Of a stretch of DNA of 64,000 bases, positions 1-11,028 are shown piece after piece. Within the stretch, counting starts at the first letter, position 1. The number at the start of each line of letters is the position of its first letter. Source of the stretch: Octopus sinensis (Eukaryota); the NCBI RefSeq assembly GCF_006345805.1, contig NC_043013.1:32302001-32366000 (forward strand), written 5' to 3'. Below the pieces are notes generated by a model. It saw nothing but the letters and a program-made list of their open reading frames with translations, did no database searches and was not told the origin of the DNA. The position numbers and the translations under genes were made by a program.

Positions 1-113
1 AACATTTCACACACTAGGTTTTAGTGAATACAAAGCTAGGAGACCGTAGAAAGACTATATTTTAATGTGTCACGCAATGGAGCAGAATCCAAAACCACAT
101 AGTTAAGAAGCGA
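1..113 (-). mobile_element. Decayed SINE family B fragment (head half)
   Basis: Aligns loosely by eye with other minus-strand family B copies, e.g. tgtcacgcaatggagcagaatccaaaaccacatagtt versus tgccacgcagtgggactgaacccggaaccatgtggtt at about 52320. Confidence 0.45.
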
Positions 114-742
114 AATGGGGAACTACACCCCTATAACAGAAAATTCCGCGGTCGACCGCGGAAGGCACGTGGTAGGATGCCGTCCCGGCCGCACGAGCAA
201 AGGCGTACGGGCGCACGGCAGCGATGATGGCGCGTAGGCGCAGGCGAGAAGGAAACCGAACGTTCGATGGCAGGAGGACGAACGAACGGGACGGCGGCGG
301 ATGCCGGCGGGCGAGCGAAGCTGCCGAAGCGCACGACGGCAGCGAGGGTGAGGGCGCTCTGTATATCACCCTGATTATTTCCGTTGATTATAATAAGAAT
401 TACAAATTAATATTGTAATCATGTTCTTAAATACAATTATTAACATATTGTAATTAAAATGCAAATGATTTTTGCCACAATTATAATAATTCTTGAATAT
501 GTATGAAGATCGATGAGTGGACTCTGCAGCGTCCGATATTGGTTTTGCCAGTCGTATATTTTGCCAGTCGTATTTTAATAAGAACATGCGAAGATAATAT
601 GTTCTCTTTGTGTAAACAAAAACCCTTGGTTACTGGAGATAAGGTCACACAATTGTCATGCTAATAACGCTATTAAGTTAGAAACATATGTTCTCAACAG
701 TCCTCTCGTATCTAGACAATAAACATGTCCTTGTCTTCACAG

Positions 743-821
743 GTATCTCAGCATTGGAGAATTCTTGAATCTTCTTAAGACTATCCCCATTTTCAAGTGG
801 AGTTGGTCAAGACTGTCAATG
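743..821 (+). CDS. Candidate internal exon (YLSIGEFLNLLKTIPIFKWSWSRLSM), host gene unknown
   Basis: Acceptor ttgtcttcacag at 731-742 and consensus donor G|gtaagt at 821/822. Only one of three frames is open. No recognisable family and no partner exon identified. Confidence 0.3.
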
Positions 822-1374
822 GTAAGTATGTACAACTTTCAGAGGGGGGAGACGATTTTAATAAGCTAACAATGTTTGTCGTATGATAGTAGATTACACC
901 TGCCTGTGTCTACGTTATACATTGGTATTTACAGCGTGTTAAACACTTTCGGTATGCAAATTAGGGACTCCATCATGGAGTAAATACTGCATTTGTTGAA
1001 TATATAAACAGTTTGGCTGCTTGTTTCGCTGGAGACTGTCAGAATGATGTAGACGCCTTTTATGAGAGCCCAATAAGGTTTGAAAATCGATTAAGGTTGT
1101 TCATCATATTTTTTCAGTTTGCGGAGAATGACTAAATCATGCCCTGTTTATAATTATACCATATATTATATATATATATATTTATATATATATATATATA
1201 TACATATATACAGTACCATATATTATATAAATTTATACAGTACCATGCAAAAGTCTTCGGCCGTTTTAAACTATTGTAAATTACTACTAAGTGCCAACTT
1301 ATAAGTGGATGTTTCGCATTGCAGTTTTTACAGGTGAAACATTGGTCCTGTTGGAGATATTTCCATACCTAATC

Positions 1375-1720
1375 ATTCTGCCCATATTTGCTCGATGATA
1401 TATAAGTCAGGGGTCTGATCTGTCCTATCTTTCAATACGGTAACACCTTCATCAACCACACTCTGTCATGTTGCACGCGATCTGTAGCATGGAAAAATCT
1501 CATGCTGAAAAATCTCACCTTCATCCAAGTCTGGTCTCAAATTGTCCTTCAGCATCTGGATGTATTTGGCACTATTCAAGTCAATTTTAATTAACTTTCT
1601 TGAATCATCACTTTTTTACGTATCCCCAAAGCATCAAACACTTACTCCCAAACTTCACTGTTTTCGTCATGTAACATGGGCTGTTTCACTTTTCTATTAA
1701 GCGAGAATTTGTTGGAAGGC
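1375..1720 (-). pseudogene. Second, inverted Tc1 transposase DDE fragment
   Basis: Minus strand reads KTVKFGSKCLMLWG...DNLRPDLDEGEIFQHEIFPC...TPDLYIIEQIWAE, running directly into the left TIR. Confidence 0.8.
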
Positions 1721-1722
1721 CT

Positions 1723-2060
1723 CCTGGAAATTTGATACCAGATTTGGATGAAGGGAAGATATTTCTGCATGACGGAGCTCCATGCCACAGACTGCGTGCA
1801 AGACGAGACAGTCTGGCTGATGAAAGAGTTTCCGTATTGAAAGATTTGCCAGCTCAGAACCCTGACTTAGATATCATCGAGCAAATGTGGACAGAACTAA
1901 AGAGAAGAGTTCGACAGAGAATCCACGCAATCTTGAAGATTTGTGGGAGCTCAGGCACAGAGAATAGCATCTCATATCTGTGAAAATGATGAAGGATTTG
2001 TACGCATCTCTTCCCATGTGCATTGAAGCATTTATTCAAGCTAAAAGAAGCCACACGAAA
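1723..2060 (+). pseudogene. Tc1 transposase C-terminal DDE fragment
   Basis: IFLHDGAPCH...LPAQNPDLDIIEQMWTELKRR matches the Tc1 QD(G/N)APxH...WP(A/S)QSPDLNxIENxW motifs. Frameshifted downstream. Confidence 0.85.
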
Positions 2061-2391
2061 TATTAACAATGTACAGTAACTCCTTGAAATGAACGTTATG
2101 TAATAAATTTTCATCTTTAACATTTTTCTGTTTTAAAACACTGTTTCTTGATTGGTTTATGTGAGGTGGTCGAAAACTTGTGCACAGCCATTTTTCGTGG
2201 TCGTCTCGCATCTTTCTCCTCCCGTTCAGAACCCCTACTACAAAATATAACGATTAGGTATGGAAATAACTCCAACAGGGCCAATGTTTCATTCTGTAAA
2301 AAACCGTAAGACGAAACATCCACTTATAAGTTGGCAATTAGTAGAAATTTCTAATGGTTTAAAGTGGCCCAATACTTTTGCCACGGTACTG

Positions 2392-2460
2392 TATATATAT
2401 ACACACACACACACAAATATATATATAGATATATAAATATATATAAATATATATATATAC

Positions 2461-2509
<49 letters not shown>

Positions 2510-2528
2510 TACATATATATATATATCC

Positions 2529-2574
<46 letters not shown>

Positions 2575-2680
2575 ATATATGTGTGTGTGTATGTATGTAT
2601 GTGTGTATGTATGTATGTATGTATACGCGCATATTATGTGTGTGTGGTGTGTTGTGTGTGTGTGTGAATGGTGTCTGTAT
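2392..2680. repeat. Compound (TA)n/(CA)n/(TATG)n/(TG)n microsatellite
   Basis: Directly visible dinucleotide and tetranucleotide runs. Confidence 0.95.
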
Positions 2681-3361
2681 GCACTGAGCGTAGTTCTTAT
2701 TGTAAAGATAATATGATGTTTAACAAGAAGCTAGCATTTGTCGGATTCGGACACATTTAATAAATGATTCTCTATGAACGTGTAGCAGCAAACAAAGCCA
2801 GAATGAAATATTATTTTATTTTGATTCAAATACTGTTCGGCAAGAGCATGTCAAATGCAGCTGCGACTTAATCAGAAAGCATGTTCCAACTAGCCGTAAA
2901 TACTATAATCCTTCCCATAATAACACTGTCAAAATCAGTTACATTTACGTAATAATTTTCCATAATATTATAAAAAGGAAAGTCTGATGACTGGACATTT
3001 AGAATCTCAATGCAATGGCAATTAGAATTAAAATAGTTCATCCGGTAACAAATGCTTAAGTCAAGCAATCATCTACAAGGTTAAAGTAATTTTCCAACAG
3101 GCAACTAAAAAAGCGTTGAAATAAATTGGATTGTATTGAATTAGCGTGGTTTGGAAGAGCTATTTTACATAATCATGTCCGTTTACAAGTGTGAAGAAAA
3201 GAAAAACGATTTGACTGTTGACCATGTTGTGAGAAACAAATATTGAATTAGTAATCGAACAACATTGCTCTATGTGTAAAATGAGAAAAAGTTGTGTCTC
3301 ATTATCGTTGACAAATATCAAATACTGATTCAGTATTTTAATGTATTAAATAGTAAATATA

Positions 3362-3570
3362 AGGCGGTGAGCTAGCAGAATCGTTAGCACGCCGGGCAAA
3401 ATGCTTAGCGGCATTTCGTCTGTCATTATATTTAGAGTTGTTCAAATTCCGCCGAGGTCCACGTTTGCCTTCCAGGGTCGATAAAATAAATACCAGTTGA
3501 GTACTGGGGAAGATATGATCAACTTTCCATCTCCTCTAAACTTACTGGCCTTCTGCGAAAATTTGACACA
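3362..3570 (+). mobile_element. SINE family A
   Basis: Head ggcggtgagctagcagaatcgttagcacgccgggc and B-box-like gttcaaattcc. The same sequence recurs at least 10 times in the window. Confidence 0.85.
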
Positions 3571-3896
3571 AATATATTAAATAATAAATGATGAGTTAAT
3601 ATCAAGACTCAACCACGGTATAAAACGTTCTAGCAGGTGAATTATAATAGCGGCAAGAAGACGCCACACAAAACAACCGGAAGTATACAATGTCAGAAAC
3701 TTGTTTCGCTAAATGTCATTTTTTGTTGACTCTTGTAATATTTAACTAATTTATCATTTAAATGTCGCTTGCAACTCACCTGCGTTACGCAAATTTTTGA
3801 ATGGCAATAGCAATAGATAATGATTTAAATGAATAGAATCAACCACTTTCATATACACATGATTTTGATACCAAGATATATATATATATATATAAT

Positions 3897-3929
<33 letters not shown>

Positions 3930-3937
3930 ATATACAT

Positions 3938-4100
3938 AGGCGTAGGAGTGGCTGTGTGGTAAGTAGCTTGCTTACTAACCACATGGTTCTAGGCTTAATC
4001 CCACTGCGTGGCACCCTGGGCATTGTCTTCTACTATAGCCATGGGCCGACCAAAGCCTTGTGAGTGGATTTGGTAGACGGAAACTGAAAGAACCCCGTCG
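3938..4100 (+). mobile_element. SINE family B, 5' half ending at its internal (TA)n
   Basis: aggcgtaggagtggctgtgtggtaagtagcttgc...gaaactgaaagaaccccgtcg matches the full copy at 31233. Confidence 0.9.
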
Positions 4101-4123
4101 TATATATATATTATATATATATG

Positions 4124-4263
4124 CGACGGGCTTATTTCGGTTTCTGTCTACCAAATCCACTCACAAGGCTTTGGCCGGCTCGAGGCTATAGTAGAAGACA
4201 CTTGTCCAAGGTGCCACGCAGTGGGAATGAACCTGGAACCATGTAGTAGGGAAGCCTGCGCCT
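4124..4263 (-). mobile_element. SINE family B, 5' half, inverted relative to 3938-4100
   Basis: Reverse complement of 3938-4100 with an internal deletion. Shares the (TA)n at 4101-4123. Confidence 0.9.
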
Positions 4264-4369
4264 AAATATATATATATATATATTATTTACATAATGTGTG
4301 TGTATGTGTGTGTGTGTGTGTGTGTATGCGTGTGTGTGTACGTGTGTGTATAAACAAGTAAATGTAAGA

Positions 4370-4700
4370 ACATGCAAATTAGGCAAGTCGATATGCAAGA
4401 AAAATTACATTTAATACAAAATATGTCCATATGTTTACATACAAAAAGTCCGACTTACACAGAATAGAAATGACATCAGGAATTAAAAGGGTTGAATAAG
4501 AGGTTTACAAATCCAACAGCTGTTTCGGGGGGATTGGTGGTCCAAAATAATGATTGTAACTTGATTCCATCATCGGATAATACCAGCGTCCGTATTCAGG
4601 GAAGAAGTTTTACGTTTGGGGTGTTAACAGAAAGGAGAGTACAGATGGGAAACACGAAGTGTATTCTATACGGAGAATATCTGCCTCTCATCTATATATA
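4370..4700 (-). mobile_element. Probable Penelope-like terminal-repeat remnant with a degenerate hammerhead-like core
   Basis: Minus strand has ccgatga...cgaaac-agct-gtt-ggat between microsatellites, the same layout as the better-preserved PLE hammerheads in this window. Confidence 0.4.
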
Positions 4701-4732
4701 TATATGTAGCTATACACATTTATGTGTGTGTC

Positions 4733-4767
<35 letters not shown>

Positions 4768-4815
4768 CTGCGTGTGTGTGTGTATGTCTGTCTGTATATA
4801 TATATATATATATAT

Positions 4816-5696
4816 ACTAGCATTAAAGACCCGTCGTTGCCGGATCATATTGCTAGTGCATGTATATATGTGTATATATATATGTTTACATATTACATGT
4901 ACATCTATATATATACATCTACACATAAAATGCAAAATACAAAGTTATATCTTGATATCGCTAGTGATAACAATACTCAAAATATATAACGGACTGGAAT
5001 TATTAGCTCTTCTTTTTTCTCTAAATTGTATACTTTATTGACAATAGTCTTTTCTTTAATTTAATTTTTTATTATCCATCTGGACTATTCTATTTCTGCA
5101 TGCTAATTATATTTTTAATTTATTTCCATTCATGTGAAACCACTTATTCAAGTTCAAATCATTGATGCAATTTTATACCAATTGCTATTTTTACTTTTGT
5201 ATGTTACAATTATATTATACTTTAGTTTGATTTAATTATTACTTACTACATATAATTCAATTATTATTATTTTTATTGTTAAAGTGAAAGCATCTGACAT
5301 AAAATAGAGAAATATTTTTGTTTCACTTTTAACACGTAATACTGAAATAGTGGAGAAGATATGATATTGCTATGGGCTTGCTCTAGGCAAGAAGTTGAAC
5401 ATTTTTTTTTTTTTGCCCATGAAACTACATGGACTCTAAGTAAGGCATGTGTAACATTTGAATGAAATTGGTTGTCTAGTTCTCGAGTTTTAGGGAATCG
5501 TAGTGGAGAAGATATGATATTGCTGTGGGTTCGCCCTAGGCGAAAAGTTAAAAGTTGTTTTGCCGATGACACTCCCCGGACCCTAAGTAAGGCATGTGCA
5601 AAATTTGAATGAAATTCGTTGTGTAGTTCTCAAGTTTTAGGGAAACACACAGACAGACAGACAGACACACATTCTCATTTTTATATATATAAAGAT
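4816..5696 (+). mobile_element. Helitron/Helentron-like non-autonomous element (DINE-1/Lep1-like architecture)
   Basis: 5' actagcattaaagacccgtcgttgccgg, an internal tandem duplication of about 153 bp (5348 and 5501), and a 3' (ACAG)n followed by attctcatttttatatatataaagat. Confidence 0.55.
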
Positions 5697-5705
5697 ATAT
5701 ATAAT

Positions 5706-5931
5706 GGCGATGAGCTGGCAGAATCGTTAGCACGCTGGGCGAAATGCTTAGCGGTATTTCGTCTACCGTTACGTTCTGAGTTCACATTCCGCCGAGGTCG
5801 ACTTTGCCTTTCATCCTTTCGGGGTTGATTAAATAAGTAACAGTTACGCACTGGATTCGGTGTAATCGACTTAATCCCTTTGTCTGTCCTTGTTTGTCCC
5901 CTCTGTGTTTAGTACCCTATGGGCAATAAAG

Positions 5932-5935
<4 letters not shown>
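5706..5935 (+). mobile_element. SINE family A (near full length)
   Basis: ggcgatgagctggcagaatcgttagcacgctgggcgaaatgcttagcggtatttcg...ggcaataaagaaata. Confidence 0.9.
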
Positions 5936-5969
<34 letters not shown>

Positions 5970-6544
5970 TGGTACCCCAGTATGACTGCAGTCCTATAAA
6001 AGGGTAAGTAACTATTTCACCCTTCATGAGAGTTTCAAAAATTCGCCCCTTTTGCTTTTAAGTTAAGATATTATTTGATTGAATTAAGATGGTTGAAGTT
6101 GATCACATGGTCAAGGGCTGACCTGAAATGATTTGTTCTGCATGGTATACGATTGTTAGAGTCATGCAACCGTTTAAACGCTAATTGCGCCAAAATTTAT
6201 GACCCTGTTAGTCCAGTGACGGTGTCCTATGAGAGCATGAACATTTGCGTGCCTTGTTTGCGCATTCAGATCATATGGGCGATAATTGCGGCATAAGTCA
6301 AAGGTATGTTAATCTCAAAGGATATATAATGTGACAGTCCGAACAATAATTGTGTTAAAGATTCTAGTTTGGCAAAATTCCAAATAGCAGAGAAATAAAT
6401 TGTTCGGTTGTATACGCGTGACAGTGAACTATGTATCATAGTGGATTTACATAAACGAGTGTTTATGTAGCTGTGAGTAGCATGTGTGCGTATAATAAAC
6501 TTATGCCTATGGCTATATCAGCAAAGGAGCTAATTAGAAAACTC

Positions 6545-6980
6545 GGATCTTTTCGGTTTGAACGACAGTTTTTCTAGCGGTGTCATATAAAATTGTCACC
6601 CATAATTATGAACCTAGTATCGATCTATTGCATTTCAATCTGTTTTAGAGTTAGGGTTATTTAGGGTTAGTTAGGATTAGGGTTAGGGTTAGGGGTGGGG
6701 GAAGGGTATCTTTTTTCTTCACAAATGTAAATATACCCAATCTGTTTCTTAAACGAGGGACATATACATACGGCACAGAAAGTTTTTTTACCTCAATACA
6801 CGTCAGTGATTGGTTGAAATTGCAGAAATTGAAGAAAAAAAGCAACAAATATCTTACAAACTATAGAATTTTCTCAATAAAGCCAAGAGAAAAAGATGTT
6901 TTCTACCAGTATACGAAGTTTAAAATTTTTTAGTTACCTAGATATTATGTTAAAAACTGCCGTTCAAACCGAAAAGATCC
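6545..6980. mobile_element. MITE with 28-bp TIRs, 8-bp TSD and internal TTAGGG repeats (Merlin- or hAT-like)
   Basis: TIRs ggatcttttcggtttgaac / gttcaaaccgaaaagatcc and perfect TSD gaaaactc at 6537-6544 and 6981-6988. Second copy at 63109-63533. Confidence 0.92.
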
Positions 6981-7354
6981 GAAAACTCTCAATAAGTGAT
7001 GAACGTAATAACTAAGATATAACATTTCTACCTAGCTATTTTGCATGTTGCAAAATCAGTGACCGACGGTCTCTTATTTCTCTATGTATTGCGAGCTGGG
7101 GCAAGTCTCTGCTACGCCTAGTGATCAGGTGTTCACGACTAAAGATGGACTCAAGTAGCGCGAAATCCGTTCGGTCTCGTGAGCATGTCGTCTGCTAGAG
7201 GATGATATGGGTTCGCTCCCCAGGGAGAGTCTGCACCGGCAACCAGCTGGCGGAGGATCTGTCTGGAGTTAAAACAGTTGCAATGTCGAACAGCCATATT
7301 TATGTGGCTATAAATATTACTTCTATGACTGTATAATTACATATATATGTGTGT

Positions 7355-7391
<37 letters not shown>

Positions 7392-7396
7392 CATAT

Positions 7397-7590
7397 ATTC
7401 TTTTATTCTTTTACTTGTTTTGGTCATTAGACTGCGGCAATGCTGGGGCACCCCATGGAAGAACGAATCAACCTCTGTGATTATTTTTTAAGCCTGGTAC
7501 TTATTTTAAACGGTCGTTTTTGGCGAACCGCTAACTTACGAGGACATAAACAGACCAAATTGGTGATGGAAACACAGAAACACACACATA
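7397..7590 (-). mobile_element. SINE family B, 3' half
   Basis: cattagactgcggcaatgctggggcacc...ttttggcgaaccgctaacttacg is the reverse complement of the 3' half at 31490-31635. Confidence 0.8.
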
Positions 7591-7602
7591 GATATATACA
7601 TA

Positions 7603-7649
<47 letters not shown>

Positions 7650-7854
7650 TATATAATATATATATATAGATATATATATATAATACAGTTAGTTAGATAG
7701 ATATAGTAGATAGATAGATAGATAGATAGATAGATATCATCTATTAATTCTTTACTAGTTTTATTTTGTCTTTTTGTCTTCTCTCCTTGGGCTATTTGAA
7801 CATTTAATGTGGTTTTAGAGTCAGATCCTGGCTGCTATTTTCACATCTTTTATC

Positions 7855-7897
<43 letters not shown>

Positions 7898-7899
<2 letters not shown>

Positions 7900-8007
7900 T
7901 AATTTCAACAATTGAGGGTAAAATTAATTAATTATTATCAATTTCACCAAGTATTCAGTATGTGGCAAAGTAATTTATTTTACTAAGCCCTTTATAAAAT
8001 GTTATAT
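7898..8007. mobile_element. Penelope-like terminal fragment, internally deleted derivative of the 13063-13524 element
   Basis: tataatttcaacaattgagggtaaaattaattaattat...ttcagtatg is joined to ggcaaagtaatttat...ctaagccctt. Both parts occur in 13063-13524 and meet at ttcagtatg. Confidence 0.65.
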
Positions 8008-8040
8008 ATATATATATATATTATATATATATATATATAT

Positions 8041-8096
8041 AACGGGCTTGTTTCACTTTCCGTCTACTAAACCGGAAACTGAAAGAAGCCTGTCGT
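8041..8096. repeat. 56-bp hairpin made of two fused SINE B segments, between (TA)n tracts
   Basis: aacgggcttgtttcactttccg-tctactaaa-ccggaaactgaaagaagcctgtcgt is close to the reverse complement of 12857-12912. Confidence 0.8.
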
Positions 8097-8101
8097 ATAT
8101 G

Positions 8102-8136
<35 letters not shown>

Positions 8137-8457
8137 TGGGGGGGCAGTATGATGGGCTTCTTTCACTTTCTGTCTACCACAATCTTGACTTTGCATTCCT
8201 ATATCGTTACGGCGGTAATTTGTGTTTAGCAAAACTTTCACCTGACCACGTACCTCAAGTTCAACGGCATTTTCAAGGACTTTTTTTTGCATTGTGCAAT
8301 AATGCAGTCACGTAAGTAATTTTTTTATTATTAGATATAATAATATAAATCATTTGCATGTTTGTTTAGTTACGAAACCAATTTGTTGTGATATTAGGTT
8401 TTTTTCTTTTGTTAAATAAAAGTCCATCAAGACATTTCTCTGTCAATTATGACTTAT

Positions 8458-8541
<84 letters not shown>

Positions 8542-8694
8542 TGTTGTCTAGGGAGAGTCATTCTTTTTTAGTGCCTTATTAAAGAATCTTGCAAACCAAA
8601 TCCAAAAACGAAATATATATATATATATACTTTATTTAAAGCAGCAGAAAATTCAACAAAATCTGTTACTCTGAGTTTCTCGATGCCGTTCATT

Positions 8695-8994
8695 GCTGCT
8701 GAACAGCAACAACAAAATCCTGACAGCAAAGTGTTCTGGAAGTATGTACATTCAAAGCAGAGACCTCACTCTCCAGTTGCCCCCCTTCGCAATCCCCACA
8801 GAGGCCAGTTTACTGACAATCCAAAAAAATGTGCAGAAATCATTGCTGGATGCTATGCAGGCATCTTTACTGTCGAAGATCAAAATATTCCATCTCCATT
8901 ACCTTTGACACCGGACTCTATAACTACTATGAAATTTACACCAGCAATGCTACAATGCCACCTTAAGAATAAACATAACTATGTCAGACACTGA
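8695..8994 (+). pseudogene. LINE ORF2 fragment (endonuclease-RT linker, CR1/Jockey-like)
   Basis: NPDSKVFWKYVHSKQR...VAPL...GQFTDNPKKCAEIIAGCYAGIFTVED matches the NPKxFWKYV...KAExLxxxFxSVFT region of APE-type LINEs. Confidence 0.75.
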
Positions 8995-9961
8995 AATGAC
9001 CAGTTTGGTAGCTGGACCATTCCCCAGAGTTTATCTATCATAGAAGTATGGTGTCCTTTTTTTTTACCTGGGATCTTTTGAAAGTGTGTGGCACATTGAA
9101 AGCAGATCGAAACACGACATTTACTGCATTCAACCCATTTATTTCGAAAGGAATTTTCGAATTTTGTGCATAGATGACAGATGTGATTTGCCGGGCAATG
9201 CTATTTTGGGACAGCGACCAGTTTTGTCGCACAGCTCATCCACGGATGACACCGTGACAGTTTTGTTCTGTCTTCCCATCCGTACCGTAATACAAACGGT
9301 AAAGAAAAAAAAGACGTGAAGATATATCACACTTTTTTCTCTCTAGTTTCAGCTCAGAGCTGCGGCCATGCTAATGCACTAAATAAGATGTTTTATTTTT
9401 TGTTGTTATTGTTGTTAACTGTTCCTACTTTCCTCATTGTATGTGTGTATACGAAAAGATACAGTTATATATACAATCAAGAGATGTAAGGAGTCAACAA
9501 TGGTTGGTGTATTTATAATGTGCGCACGATACTCACTGTAATGCCTCAGCGAAAAAGAAAAAAAGTATGATTTAAATTCGCTTTGTGTATATATTCGTGT
9601 GTGGTGCGTGCTGATATATAAAACTGTGTGTATGTTTTTTCTAGAATTCGGGATGTACTTACACTTATCGCTACGAGGTAGAGTAGCGTGTTTTCAATCG
9701 TGGTTGCTAGACGTAGTGTTTTGAAGCAGTTGTCCAAACCAATAGACATTGTATCAATATTAATAGTAAATTACCATAACTAACTTATATGGTAAATCGT
9801 GACCAACCTTTAAGTGCATACAAATAATAATCCCACCGGTCTTCCATAGATACTACTACAATGAAAGTTAAAGCCTTATATATATATATTTGTAAGTATG
9901 TATGTGTGTGTGTGTGTGTGTGGTGTGTGTGTGTGTGTATGTGTCTGTATATATATGTGTG

Positions 9962-10000
<39 letters not shown>

Positions 10001-10523
10001 GTATGTATGTACGTGTGTGTGTGTGGTGTGTATAATTGAAGATACCTGACGCATTTGTAATGCACATAAGTCTATTGTTTTATTTTTGTTTCTGTTTTGT
10101 TTGTTTTTGTTTTTGTTTGAAAGCCTTAGCTGTGGAGATTCAAATGATTCAAAAACATATACATATATATGTACTGTAATATTTTATATTTCCAAGGAAT
10201 ATTGCGCACAACGTAATAAGTTTATAACTAAACAAAGCGCACAGAACCTTGCAGTTGAGTAAATGCCTTCCATTATGGAAGCCGTATTTACTTCATGTCA
10301 TGCTGAATATTTCATCACAAACTGCTTTGCAACACATTTTGATTGCGCCCAATTTCACTGGACAGAGGAAATGGCCTTTATTCACCAACCAATGAATGTG
10401 TCATGTTCTTTTACTTTCTCTAATGTTCATGACGAGACAAGCCATTTTCAACACAATCTAACTTGCATTTACGATTGGAAGCACGTGTCAAAGGCCAAAA
10501 CATACATGTATACTTACTCGTGT

Positions 10524-10554
<31 letters not shown>

Positions 10555-10619
10555 ATATATATAATACATATACATACATATATATATATATTATATATAT
10601 ATATATATATTATATATTA

Positions 10620-10660
<41 letters not shown>

Positions 10661-10978
10661 GTAAAACTTTAACATATAGCTGCACAAACATATGTATTCA
10701 TCAATGTATACAAACACGAACACTTACAAACACGCGTGCACACAGCAGTATGCAACTGTGTATACATACTCTGAATATCAGTGTGTGCACATCATTTCTA
10801 GGAATTGCAAACAGACACATCCACACACTCCTATATATATATATAGATATATATATACACACACACACTCACACCCAAGTATATAAGTATATGTACACAT
10901 ATCTTATTAGGATCTGCACACACTCCTTCACAAACGTGTGAAAACATAAGTATTATACATATATAGATATTATATATA

Positions 10979-11028
<50 letters not shown>

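Larger units (their letters stand above)
1238..2391. mobile_element. Non-autonomous Tc1-family element with about 140-bp TIRs and TA target sites
   Basis: TIRs 1238-1374 (cagtaccatgcaaaagt...) and 2252-2391 (...acttttgccacggtactg), both flanked by TA. DDE transposase remnants on both strands inside. Confidence 0.9.

Noticed and set aside
3660-3760. Promoter from an ETS-like ccggaagt motif followed by ATG
   Set aside because: A single short motif and a 19-codon frame are insufficient evidence.
6646-6705. True telomere or chromosome-fusion scar
   Set aside because: It is only a few degenerate TTAGGG units inside a TIR/TSD-bounded MITE that occurs twice.
8655-8695. Hammerhead remnant (minus strand atga-acggcatcga-gaaac-tcaga-gta-acag)
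   Set aside because: The CUG of the core and the 5' strand of helix I are missing at the junction with the LINE fragment. Too incomplete to call.
9085-9298. Plus-strand exon candidate (VWHIESRSKHDIYCIQ...)
   Set aside because: Weak AAG acceptor, phase incompatible with 743-821, no recognisable domain, and equally weak splice signals on the opposite strand.
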